This document shows positions 48,701 to 61,450 of a stretch of DNA of 64,000 nt, piece after piece. The stretch's first letter is position 1, and each line of letters opens with the position of its first letter. The notes under the pieces were generated by a model that made no database searches, was not told the DNA's origin, and was given only the letters and a program-made list of their open reading frames with translations. The stretch covers positions 3,348,001 to 3,412,000 of the forward strand of contig JBHGNT010000008.1 in assembly GCA_043228905.1 (NCBI GenBank), in the 5' to 3' direction. Position numbers and translations under genes: made by a program. The DNA is from Azolla caroliniana. Its lineage: Eukaryota; Plantae; Polypodiophyta.

Positions 48701-51341
48701 TAGAGAAAACATCTAAAGGTTTTGCCATTATTGTCTATCGCGGTAAAAATTATGCCCGGCCATCACAATTACGGCCTCCCAATCTATTGACGAAGAGATT
48801 GGCATTGAAAAGACATGTTGAAATGCAGCGGCGTGTGGTACTGTGCTCTATGCTCATCTAGATGCATCCAAATTTTCTATGATCATTTGATAGACATTTA
48901 AGGACTTATTAATATTTCAGTCTCTGGAAAGACATATTCGAGCTTTGGAAGAGGAGATTGTTTACTTGAGAGCAGGGCTTGTGAGTAATGCTATCCTGCA
49001 CTGATTTTTCTGAGTTTTAACATATATAATTTCATATTTTATGGAGGTTTTCTTATGCATTTATTATATCAAAAACTTTCAGAGCAAAATGAACAAAGAG
49101 AGAGTTGCGAATGATGAAATCGAGGTTTCAGATGAGGTGAATGCTGATTGTGGCATCTCTACAGAGGTATTTCGGATTTGCAATTTTCTTCCTTGAGGCT
49201 TCATATGGCGCGCATTTTTGCAGCAATTTTCTTCCTTGAGCCTTCCTTGGATTTCTGCTGCATTTTTCATAAACTTTCATTGCTAGGCTTTCGGATGACA
49301 CTGTGAACATGTGTCTAAACTTGGGACGTTGATGAAGTGCTTAGGGGGGGGGGGGGCATGTAGCGTGTTGCGAATTTATGTTCTAGCACACTCCTTGTTT
49401 TACAGTCGTTCTGTGTTGACTGATCCACTTTTGGAATCATCAAGAAAACTAAATTATAAACTGGAATCTCAATGGCAAACACTAGTAGCACTACATGTAA
49501 TGGAGCTCAAGTAAAAAGAGGTTGAAATCTCTTCTTGGCAATACTATATTTAGAAAAACTTCAATTTACCTCTATAAAGCATAGATTAGATCATATCCAA
49601 TAAAAGTAGGAAGGATGCTTGATGTTTAGTATGGTGACAACTTAATACAACCTAGGACCACTTAGAAATTTTGATGCCATAAAGTTCTAGCTATAAAAGC
49701 TCGACATTGAGTCTATAACAAATTTAAGAAGGCTGGCTGAGTCCAGAGGACCTTTGTTTTGTATTTTCCTTTCTTTTCAGGAGCAAAAGAATCATGTGGG
49801 GCCATTAGAACAATTATCTCTTATCGACACGGGAAACAATGATCAAGACATCGATGAACAAGATGGATTTGATGCATCATCTTTCAGTGAAGATGATGAA
49901 GAAGAGATATCAGTTGAAGATGATGAAGAAGAGATATCAGTTGAAGATGACGAAACGTCTCCCTTAAATATCAGCAAACGCAAGCTTCGACGACTCTGTG
50001 AGATGGGCCCTGTGTTTAGAGCAGAGCGTCTTTCTTTGTCTGAGAGGCACTCATTCCGAAATGAAGTAGAAAGCATGAGTAAAGCAGCTCAATATCTTGT
50101 TGGTATGTAAATTGCGATTATTTCTTTACTGTTATATAGCAGTATTGATTGGCAAAAATACCCAACAAATCCCATAACCAGGAAAGCAAACACCAAAAAG
50201 TCATTTTCTCCAAATGTTTTTACTGCAAAACATGAAGGGGTATTTGTTGGCGATAATGAGTTAGATTTGGCTATCAATCTTTCATTAAAACAATAGTTGT
50301 TTTTATTTTGGGTGTCCATATTTATAATGATTCTCTAATAGTGATCATTTTTTCTCATGCTCTAGGAAAGAGCAACCCTTTATCCAAGATTGCAGATGCG
50401 ATCCGGATGTACTTCCTTGATCATGCCTTTGTAAAGATTGGAGTGAGAGGCCGACCAGCAGGCACATCAGTCCAAGATATTGCAGAAGAGCTTGAGGTTG
50501 GTAGCTATTTTAACAAATTTAGAAAGGTCAAATTATCACCGAATGCCACTCTAGTTTACTGTAAGTCTGAAAATGTCACCAAATCTTTTGACGTAACCAA
50601 AATGCCGAACTATTCTTGTAAAAAAATGTCTCTGGGAAACCTAAATTATAAATGTAGAAATTTACGTTTGAGTATCACTATTAAGTTTCAATTAGCAACT
50701 ACTATGAAATTCCGTGACTAGTTTTTTTTAGCATGATATTTTGATTATTTCTCTGGATCAAATTATCCCAAAATAATACTTAATTTTCAAACAATTATGG
50801 GAAGCAGAGTGGAATTTTAATATTTGATATGCCCAAATTTAGAAGGTTCCGCTATTGAGATACGTGAGTGGTTGCTAAACTTGGATGTTTGTTTGTTTGC
50901 TAGGACTTGACTGGTGGAACGGTGTATGCCCAAGATGTAATCAAAATCATTATGTATCGAGGCTGGCCAAGTGGTACGAAAATGCCCACATCCGATATCT
51001 ATAATGTCCTCTCACCAGAGCAATGTGAGGTTCTGGAGGAAGAAGATGATGAAGATGAGTGGTCGGATGATGGTGAAAACATTGAGGAAATAGATTCTGA
51101 AATAAACGGTGAAGGTCATAACTACGAAGATGAGAGCTGGGGCATTTTGGCTGAAAAAGAGTATCAAACTGATGCAGAGGAAACTGATGAAGAAATCGAG
51201 TCGGAGATAGATTCTGAAACAAATAATGAGATACTAGATTCTGACGATGAGGAATGGGATATTTTCGGAGCGGAGGCTCAACAATGTGACTATGATGTCG
51301 ATGCGAAAATTGCAGAACTTGATTTAGATGAAGATGTTTGA
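42746..51341 (+). CDS. CFM2: CRM-domain plastid group I/II intron splicing factor with four CRM domains (CFM2-like, CRS1 subfamily)
   Basis: GT-AG exons: 42746-44209, 46950-47448, 47599-47729, 47834-48142, 48248-48404, 48545-48837, 48921-48980, 49083-49166, 49781-50102, 50366-50496, 50904-51341. Ser-rich transit-peptide-like N-terminus. Motifs [84 protein letters not shown], and a fourth CRM ending IIMYRGW. Orthology (CFM2 vs CFM3/CRS1) is inferred from domain count. Confidence 0.88.
45955..46141. mobile_element. Single copy of the MITE-like repeat in intron 1
   Basis: Similar to 42200-42656 along its length. Confidence 0.6.
46500..46815. repeat. ~173-bp diverged tandem duplication in intron 1
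   Basis: ACCAGAAGAAGT...AATGCTACAGCATATCTATTCCTGGGTGTGA...TAGCTATACTTCTGTATACTACA occurs twice. Confidence 0.85.
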
Positions 51342-53533
51342 CATATACATTGGTGTGCCTTGGAAATGTATGTTATGACTCCTGATCAAGAATATATAAT
51401 CCGTTGGGCCCCTCTCGGTGCTCTTAATTTCTCAGACTCGATTAAAAAATTTGCAACCCAGCCAAATGGGTTTAGGGTTTTAAAATCCGATCGTTGTGCT
51501 TGGCTTCTGTTGCATCACAGAGCGTAACGAAGTCTTGGTGTTTGACGATTGCATTTGTTTAGATATATGCCCCACCCCCCTTCATAGATATAGGTAAAAC
51601 CCATCAAAGCTTTACATGGCCATATATTTTTACACTAGCAGATTTCAAATGTTAGCAATGGCTGAATCATAAAAAATGCTGAAAGAGAATGAAAGGAAAG
51701 CTAATAACAAGAGGTAGGAAGCGTCCATGTCATTAGACCATATATCACAGCCATGGGAGGTGGTTGTGTGGACATGCAATACAAGTGTAAAACCATGTAA
51801 ATCCGTTATCAATTCTAATGTATGTGCATGCATACCCACACATTTATGTGGTAATTGTAAATGCTCAGACAATCACATTGGTTGTTGGGCTAAAGTTCCT
51901 TTTCACATCCTTGCTATGTGGCAAACATAATAGTTGCCTAAGATGGAACTCCAGCCTCCTCTCATGCTTATAGAGAGCACCATATGCAACTCATATTGAT
52001 TGATCTAATGAAATTGTCTTTTACTTGATTGATCGCTCACTTAGTCACCCCTAACTCCATCACTCGTGCACATGTGTAAGCATTAGGAGCAGATGATAAT
52101 ATTCCTTTGATGATAAATTAGAATAAAATTTGCTTGGGTAAGACTATTATATTCATTAGAATGATTGATGAACCACAGCACATAGGGGGATTCTTGCCAA
52201 AGTCAATAAAGGCCGCATTGATTGAGATATGTTATGTTGCGACTACCTATACTTTTTTATTTCCTAGATAAAATCAAAGCTTTAGCTTAGTGCTCAAAAA
52301 GATAGCACTAATGCATTTTTAAGACCACTTGATATTCAAAATCTTATCCATAAAGATATATGCTTGGAGTACTTAAAAGCTATTCTCTTTTTTATTGTCT
52401 AAAGAAATAAGTTATAGTGACGAGACACATGCTCATATATGAGGCGAAGGCAAGGAAATGTCTATGATGATGATGACAACGATCGAATAATGTAATAGAG
52501 AAACAAAAATACAAAATGCCTCGTTCAATGATGCATTTCTTTTTCTTTGATGTCGAGCATGTGGAAAGAATAAGGGCCATTTGTCTACATTCTGTATTTT
52601 AAAGGTCGGATTCTAGTTCACTGAATGCGAAGGCTTCTTTTTGACATTTGGTATCTTTTGGAACATTTAAAAGGCAAAACCCCAACAAGGATTATAAAAT
52701 TCGATTCTCTTGGTGTTTCCGCATCAGAGTAAATCTTTGAGGTATGTTGGATAGGGGCCAAAAAATACGAGCTCGTTTGGTAACTGAAACCTTGGATTTG
52801 ACGATTGTTGATTCGCAAAAGGGATGCTAAAAAAGAGAACTCAAGTGGGTCATATCATGTGTCTCTTAAGGTGATCAATGGACTTTAGCAAACGTTTGGA
52901 ACGTGAGGATAATGTAGGGATTGGACTAAAGACTTTGTGAGGGTAAATATGGTGATTAATCTAACCTACGATAACGTCTCAATCATTTATAAATATATGG
53001 AGAAGGAAAATACATGCAACATCAACCCATATGGGATCCAAGGAGAAACAAACATAATATTGGGCTTCAAGATAACACCTAGCAACATAAAACATGCCCA
53101 TATTCGTGACGAAAGAGGGACTATGGAAATATTGTCACATTGCATTTAAAACATAGCGAGGTAAAAAAAAATAAACCTTCGTTAAGAGTTAAAAAATAAA
53201 ATACTCTTTTAATTTTAAGCTTTACAAAGGCTAAAGGTCATGATGATAACATTGGAGCACTACGAGATCTTTTGATCCAAGAAGAAAACTCAACGAATAA
53301 ACAAATGTTAAATTGTGCTCGAAAATTGTAGTTACTATCATTATCATATAAAAAGCATCGAAAAATTTTAAGTTTGGTTAAAACATCATTATGTACCATT
53401 TCAGTGTTATCCTACAACTTTTACTTTCAAAGGTCTTTTATTCATAATTTGCAAAGGGTCCATTCACACAACACATACACACCAGAGTTAGGTTTTTATA
53501 TACACATTTAAGGATATGTGTACCCGCTACTAC

Positions 53534-53577
<44 letters not shown>

Positions 53578-55129
53578 TTAGCAAGGGTGTCCTCTCATAT
53601 GTAAGGTTTGAGAGACGTGGATCGACATTTCAAAATAAATGTACACAACTTTCAATAAGAGCCCAATTAACGATAATAGGATAGAATTGACTACCCATCG
53701 ATGATAGAAAGAACGCAACTCATATCTAAAATTCTCGTTGGGAAAATGGTAGGTGAGTCAAGGGTTTTGTAATATAGACCCGACGACATATTGACAAGTA
53801 CTTGCAAGATGAACATTGGTTGAACTATGAAAGACTTTGCAGTCTACCATGATAAGGAATCACATAACATGTGACACATACATACTGTGTGGCTGAAGCC
53901 ACAAAGGATCAAGATGACATGGTTGGGGAGGAGGGGGGGGTGGGCTCAATGTGTGTCGATGCCCTTTGAGTTGCAAGGTCGCAGAAGTGTGGACCATGAT
54001 ATGAAGGAGGGGTGACATAATAAATATGAAAAGAAAAGAAAAAAAGCAACACCACAATAGTAGTATCACTCAATTAGCACCTCCACCTCCCTTCTTTTCT
54101 TATTGCTTCTTATGTAGAAATCTAATAATAACAGATGAGAAGTAGATTCTAAAAGAAAAAGTAAAGAATCACCGGACAGATCTAATAATCATCGAATGGA
54201 AAACAAACAGTGATACTTGAAAGATAAGCGAAGAAAAGTCAGTGTCATGGATCGGCGAGGGGGTTCAGGTAATAAAGCATCGATGAAACAGTCCCAAGTG
54301 GGAATGGTAAAACATCGAGATAAAGAGAGGCCCCTGTCATGCAAGACGGTGACAAGTGTGTGTGTGTGTGTGTGGTGGTGGTGGGGGGTCGAGAGAGTGT
54401 ACACATTTGTGTCATGGATTTCCCTAAACTGCACCGTTTGTTCCATATATCTTCCTCGTGTGTTTCTGAGTGAGTATGAACGATGTAAAAATCCCACCCA
54501 TCCTAGGCAATACCAACAGAAACTGAAAGGCAAATTTTGTTTTCGTGGATGTAATTGTGAAAGCCTTTTGATTGAGTATGTGTGTGTGAGAGAGAGGGCT
54601 AGTTTTGGCATTTCTCTAAAATAGGAAAATTGTAATCCAGCCTTATCCATCAGGTAAGCCATAAAAAAGAAGAAGAAGAAGCAGCAAAATAGACATAATA
54701 TGTATGTACATATATGAATACATTATACATACATATATAAAAAAGACACACACACACATACATACATACATACATATTATATATATAAAAATAAATATAT
54801 AGTTATTTTTTTATGTTGGAAAAATTTGATGTAACAAAAAAAATAAACAGACAAAAATCAGCAATTATTGTCAATTGAATAAACAAAAAAAGAAAAGGAG
54901 CAAATTCGGACCAAATAAAATCCAGCAAATAATTAATAAATATATATTAATATATAAAACAAGAGGAAAAGGGCCAAAAAGAAGAAGAAGAAAATAAGAA
55001 GAAAAGGAAGGGGGGGGGGGGGGGTGGGGGGTTCCAAAGAATAAATAAATGAAAAAGCGAAGTTTAAAATATAAAAAATAGAAAGAATATTACTATTACT
55101 AATAATAATAATAATAATTATCATTATTT

Positions 55130-55338
55130 ATATTATGGGGTTTGGGCGGGGGGGGGAGGCGGGTCCCAGAGCGCACCCAGTCCGACGTGGCATTTGACGG
55201 CGAGCGGGCGTCAAAGATGACGGCGGAAGAGCGGGGTGGGGCCAGACAGGCGGCACGTGGCGGGAGGGGATTGGGTGGGTGGGTGAGGGGGAGGCTCCGT
55301 CGTTGGTTCGCGTGACAGCACGTGCGTGGCTTATATAT

Positions 55339-55340
<2 letters not shown>
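55130..55340 (+). promoter_or_regulatory. GC-rich proximal promoter of the TZF gene with ABRE/G-box motifs and a TATA box
   Basis: GACGTGGC (~55184), CACGTGGC (~55254), CACGTG (~55319), then TATATATA at 55332. Confidence 0.6.
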
Positions 55341-55380
<40 letters not shown>

Positions 55381-56075
55381 TAGAGAGAGACAGAGAGAGA
55401 GAGAGAGAGTACGTTGGTATGGCGAACGCCATCAGACACTGACGGAGCACACTGACGGAGTAGACGGACGGGGCAGACGGCGCTGACGGCGACGGACGTC
55501 AGCGGCAGGCCGCCTCTGCAGCCACTAAGCTCACACAGACACAGAGAGAGAGAGAGAGAGAGAGACAGAGACAGAGAGAGATAGAGAGAGACAGAGACAC
55601 AGAGAGAGAGAGAGAGACGGAGACTGGCTGAGAAGGAAGGAAAGCCGAAGAAACCATGGAAGGAATGATGAGGCAGAAGAACCGTCTTCGCCGACGAAGG
55701 ACATAACCAGAAGGAGCAGGAGAAGCAGCACAGAATAAAGAAGAAAGCAGAAAGAAGAAAGCAGAAAGGAGAAAGAAGCAGAAGAAGCAGGAAGAAAGAA
55801 GAAGAAGAAGCAGAAGAAGAAGAAGAAGGAAGCAGAAGAAGGAAGCAGAAGAAGAAGAAGGAAGAAGAAGGAAGAAGGAAGAAGAAGGAGAAAGAAGAAA
55901 GAAGGGAGGAGAAGGAGAAACACAGCCAACAGATCAGAAGAGGAGACAACTATCCAAGAAGAAGAAGAAGAAGGAAGAAGAAGGAAGAAGAAGAAGGAAG
56001 AAGAAGGAAGAAGAAAGAAAGGAAAAGACGACTGTTGAACAAGAATCAGGAGAGGAAGAAGAAGAGGAAGAATTG
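55341..56075 (+). repeat. Long purine-rich (GA)n/(GAA)n tract in the predicted 5' UTR exon
   Basis: GA dinucleotide runs, then ~350 bp of degenerate GAA/GGAA/GCAGAA. Splice donor CAG|GTTAGT at 56288, acceptor TTTCAG at 57240. Confidence 0.85.
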
Positions 56076-57268
56076 GAGAAGGAAATTCGTCAATTACCCT
56101 TCTGCACAAGTCCATAGCCATGCCTCCCTCTCCTTCTCTTTCTTCTTCTTCTTCTTCTTCCCCACCTCCACCACCGCCTCCTCCATAGCCACTTTGTTTT
56201 CCTCTCGAGGAGCTTCTCTGAATATTCTTCTCTGTCAGCATAGCAGTTGCTACCTCCGCAGATCAACGAGAAAAATACCTCTCCAGGTTAGTGTTTGTAT
56301 TCTCTCTCTGTCGCCTATTCTTCCCTCCCTCCCTCCCTCTCTCTGCTTCACTACCTCCATTCCAAGCATTTTGTGCAAAAAAAAACTTGGTTATCTTCTT
56401 GCGTCTGATTTCCATGCTTTCTGTGCTCCGCACCCTCCAACAGACACACACGCACACATTTTCTCTATATCCTGCTCCTATGGAAACCGTCATTTTTCAC
56501 TTCATTTCTTTCTTAATTAGTATGTAGTTCACGACATTTTGTCCTCTTCTTCAAATGGCCAGGTGTATTCTCCCACTCCTGAGTTGTAGAAAAGACCAGT
56601 CTCTTGAATGCCGTGATGATCACTATCATCTTCCATATCCACGAGATTCAACAGTACTAACCGCATGATTTTCCACAGTATCTGTCTCTGTATATCAAAC
56701 ACACATGTTTTCTAGCCATCTTGAGGTGGAAGGGCATATTTTCCTTTTAATTATGGCAATTCTCCCGTGTCACCTTCTCGAGTTTTTGGTATTGCTTGTC
56801 TGTGTATACTTAACATACTCGATCTCTCCTACTGTCTGTAAAATTCACTTAGTTGTGCACTTCTTTGCACCTTTCCCCCTGAAAAGGACAGCTACTTTTC
56901 TGTATTGTATGCCATGAAGATTTCATCACTCATTTACTTTGTTTTATGTGTAACTGGGAATGCCTGTTTCTCCTTACTTCTGGAAGAAGCTTTCATCCTG
57001 ATGTCTGCGTATGAAAGAATGTTAATGACTGATTTCACTGGATTTTATCTGATTTTGAAAGAAGATTTCATTCTTTTTTGAGAGAGAGAGAGAGAGAGAG
57101 AGAGTAAATGTGTGTGTGGTTCTTCTTACTTGATTCCCACAGAAGATGCCACTCTTGTATTCCTTTCATTTTTCTGTTATAGTCGGTTCCTGAAGAAGAT
57201 TCCATCCTCTTACTTTCTTCTTCTGGTGGTTTACTTTCAGCAAGCTGGCTGTGGCAAATCTGGAACTG

Positions 57269-59578
57269 AAGTGTGGAGGGCATGGAAACCCAGACAAAGA
57301 TCCCTCTCATCCAGAGAGAGAATCTTCTTCTTCCTCAAAAGAAGGCAAACCAAACATCCATGACAAAGAAGAAGAAAAAGAGGAGAAAGAATCATCTTGT
57401 CATTATCTTCTCGAGCTTGCTGCTAACAATGATTTGCAGGGTTTCCAGAAATGTGTTGAAGAAAAGCATGCTAAAATCAATGGAATAGGAACTTGGTATG
57501 TTAGGCAGAATGGATCAAAGCAAATGGTTCTCGAACAGAGAACTCCAGCTATGATTGCATCTTTGTATGGAAGCTTAGAGGTTTTGAAGTATATAGTAAA
57601 GTCTTATATCACGTATGGTGCAGATATAAACCAAGTTTGTGGTAGTGATAATACCACAGCTCTTCACTGTGCTGTTGCAGGAGGTTCTATGTTTGCTGTA
57701 GAAGTAGTGAAACTGCTTCTTGATTCGGGTGCAGACATTAGTGTTGTTGATGCAATGGGTAGAACACCAGCTGATGTGATCAGCCTTTCATATAGGCTGG
57801 GGAACATGAAGAGACTGGCCATGGAGGAGCTTCTAGTTCGCCGAAGGGCAAGTGAAGGAGGAAGTAGTGATTTCTCTGATGAGTATGAGAACTGCTTTCT
57901 TCAAGAGCCTTGTGATGCAGTGTATGGAGAATGCTTGTCAATCTCCTCCTCATCATCTTCTTCATCCCCAAAGTCTACCCAATTAACTAGCTCAAAGAAT
58001 GGAAGTGAGAAGACACGTGATTATCCAACTGACCCGTCTCTTCCAGACATCAAGAACAGTATTTATACCACCGATGAGTTCAGAATGTATACGTTCAAAG
58101 TTCGACCTTGCTCGAGAGCCTATTCACATGATTGAACCGAGTGTCCATTTGTGCATCCAGGAGAGAATGCTCGTAGAAGAGATCCTCGTCGATATCACTA
58201 TAGCTGTGTTCCTTGTCCAGATTTTCGGAAGGGTGCTTGCAGAAGAGCTGATTCATGTGAATACGCACATGGAGTCTTTGAATGCTGGCTGCATCCTGCG
58301 CAGTATCGAACCCGGCTTTGTAAAGATGGCACTGATTGTAACCGAAGAGTTTGCTTCTTTGCTCATACTCCAGAAGAGCTTCGACCTCTTTATGTTTCCA
58401 CTGGATCTGCAGTTCCTTCTCCAAGGTCATCGTCTTCTTGTTTGGATATGTCTATGATGAGCCCCCCACACACATCAGCATCTCCATTGATGATGCCATC
58501 ATTTTCTCCATCATATTCTCTTCAAGGATGTCATGCGAATCCGACTATGTCTCCTCAATCAGCCTCTGGAAATGGAAGCTCACTGTCTTTGTCGCAACCC
58601 AATAATGTTCCTACACTTCACCTCCCAGGGTCTGCCACCCTTCAAACAAGTAGGTTGAGAGCCACGCTGAATGCTCGGGATGTCCAGTTGAATGATTCAA
58701 TTCTATTCCATGATTTTGAAGGAGAGCTAATGGGCGAGTTCCAATCATTAAATGTACAATCTCTCTCAACTCAGGCTCGTTTAAATGCAGCCTCGGCCAA
58801 TGGGACAAACCAATCTTCAAAGTATAGGAATTTGGGTCTCATTGTAGCTCCAAACAATCTTGATGAGATGTTTGTGTCAGAGAGTGTCTGCTCACCTAAG
58901 TCACTAGGGCATGAATCCACCCTTCTTGCACAATTTGAAGCTCACATGCACTCACCCATCCAATTTCAAAACCATATGTCTCCCCAGGCCTCGGTTCAAA
59001 TGCAACTACAAGCCCATCAGCAACAGGCAGCTATGGAAGCTCAGTTAAAAGGAAGTTTCTTAAACTCTCCTAAAAAATCATTGTCTTCATCACCCTTCAG
59101 TCTCGGCCCTCTTTCTCGCATGTCTCCACTCAAAGTAATGGATATTGAAAAGCAGCAGCAACAAGAGTACAAAGAAGCTTCACAAAGATCATCATTTGGT
59201 CAACATGATAAGCTTAATCACAATCATAACTACAGTCATACTTCTCGAGAGCTCCTCGAGAGTGGTTTGCTATGGTCTGATTGGGGATCTCCTACTGGGA
59301 AACCTGAATGGGGTTTCCCAGGAGATGATTTATCCAAACTAAGGAGGTCAGCTTCTTCAGGTCTGCGAGCACCCGATGAACCAGATCTATCATGGGTTCA
59401 AAAACTTGTAAAAGAAGGGCCGTTGGATGTTGACACGATCTCTTCTGCTAATGGGATCATTCGTCTCGAAGCTAATAATGATGATAATAATGCCACTATT
59501 GGTCTTGAAAGAGAGAATGCTGATATGCCACTTGGTTCATGGATTGACAAGCTCCACCTTGATCATATTGTGGCATAA
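57269..59578 (+). pseudogene. Ankyrin-repeat + arginine-rich tandem CCCH zinc finger (plant ANK-TZF) gene with an in-frame TGA and no canonical start
   Basis: [151 protein letters not shown]. TGA at 58133-58135 and AAG at 57269 before CGG. Could also be a sequence error or a null allele. Confidence 0.85.
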
Positions 59579-60520
59579 CAACAGACATTATTTCCTTGAT
59601 TTCTTCATCCACTTAAATATTGGTCCATTCTTAACCAATACCTTTATATTCTGTCACTATTTCCTAACGGATGGGAGCTGCTCCTAGTCTAGTTTTTACC
59701 CAAGCTCAAGATACTTTATTTATTTAAATACCCAAGCCAAGAAAGAGGAGGTATATATACATTTATATATGCCTATCTATCTAAAGGGTTTGTATTATTT
59801 CTTTGTCTTACTTGCTGCTGATCACTGAGTGGAGATGGAAAGTCAGAAGATAAATTTCCACAGAGGTTAGTGAAAGCTTTAATATATTCTTACAAGAAGA
59901 ACAGATTTAATCTAGATTCACAGTTTAATTTTAGTTGGAACAAAGGAGGGTTTTGTTCTAGAAGAAGCTAAGTTGAAAGTGCAGGTTCAGTGTTCATGGA
60001 GGATGAACATATGTTTTCAGTAGACACACAGGTGGGTTCTATTTATTGATGGGATTTCTATATCTGATATTGCTACAGGTATAGATCTGCCTTTTGTTAC
60101 AGAAAGAGGAAAAAAGGATACAAGATTGTCCATATATTTTTGTTATGTATCAGAGCATAGATTCTGTTACCTTAGCTTTTTATTATTATATGCAAGCAAA
60201 TGTATGCTTATTAGAACCATAGCTAGGATGTATGAGGTGAGCAAGGTTTCATTGCCACATCATTCCATTTCTCTAGCTTCTTATTAGAATTATTATTGCT
60301 ATATATTTATGCCATAATTATGCTACATTCTTTTTGGAAGTGATCAGTCAGTCAATTAATCAATCATATATTATTGTATTCATTCTATACTTTGTTCCTT
60401 TTTTTTTCTGTTTTCGCAAACATTGTGAAATTAGGCAGATATTTTGGAGCTTAGAATTGCTATCTTTAGTGAGGATCTCAAATTTTTGCCTTATCATTCA
60501 TTGAAGCGGTTACCTTGTGT

Positions 60521-61450
60521 ATGGGATCATTTAGAGTGTATAGCCCATTCATAACTAGACTTCTGCTCAAGTTGATTGATAACTTCATTTCTTAAGGTGG
60601 TGGAATAATCTTTGATAGCTTGATTGATAATGTGAATTGTTTTATTTAGAGGATAAAACATATGAAAACTAACATGGATCATTTAGAGTGTATAGCCCAT
60701 TCATAACTAGACTTTACACCCAAGCTTGATTGATAACTTGAATTATTAAGTTGGTGAAATAATCTTTGACGGCTTGAATGATAAGGTGAATTATTTTGTC
60801 AAGAGGACAAACCTATAGCTAGAATAGTTTAAATTATAAGTGTTTTGTGATCAGAGTGTGCTGTGTTGAATGAATCTTGAGAAGTTGAAGACATCTCTTA
60901 AGTTATTGGTGTTTTGAATTGATAACTTGACTATATTATCATGCCGAGAACATATTCATCAACCTTATGGCCATCTATGGCTAGGATAATGTTAGGCCAA
61001 AGAAGAGGCTGGGCAATATGTTATGCACTGTAGAAGTTAAATACTTGCTATTGTGTAATCAATGTATAGATGACACTAGCATATATTACTTACTGGTGTT
61101 TTGAATCTATACCTTGATTATATTACCATGCTTATGATATATTCATGCACCTTATGGTCATCTGTGGCTAGCATAAGCTTAGGCCCAAGTAGAGGCTGGG
61201 CATAATGTTATGTGTTGTAGAAGCTAACTGGAAATGCTTGTTATTGTGTAAATAAGGGAAGTACCGTAAGTAGATGATATTAGTATGGCCTTCACATCTT
61301 TTCAATAAAACAAACAGAAGGAAAGATTTATTTTGGATGTGATGGACACAGCATAATAAAGAAGTATGTACCATAAATGGATGACATTAGTTTGGCCTTA
61401 TTATCTTTTCAATAAAACAAACAGAAGGAAACATCTGTTTGTGGATGTCA
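60521..61450. repeat. Three consecutive diverged tandem duplications (about 150, 190 and 105 bp offsets)
   Basis: GGATCATTTAGAGTGTATAGCCCATTCATAACTAGACTT at ~60524/60677; TGGTGTTTTGAAT..ACCTTATGG at ~60907/61094; ATCTTTTCAATAAAACAAACAGAAGGAAA at ~61297/61403. Confidence 0.8.

Noticed and set aside
55128-56241. 273-aa and 236-aa F/L/S-rich minus-strand ORFs
   Set aside because: Translations of GA/GAA microsatellite, which lacks stop codons.
58133-58135. Selenocysteine or fern-type U-to-C editing of the TGA
   Set aside because: The conserved residue is Trp, not Cys. Land plants lack Sec machinery, and U-to-C editing is organellar and would give Arg.
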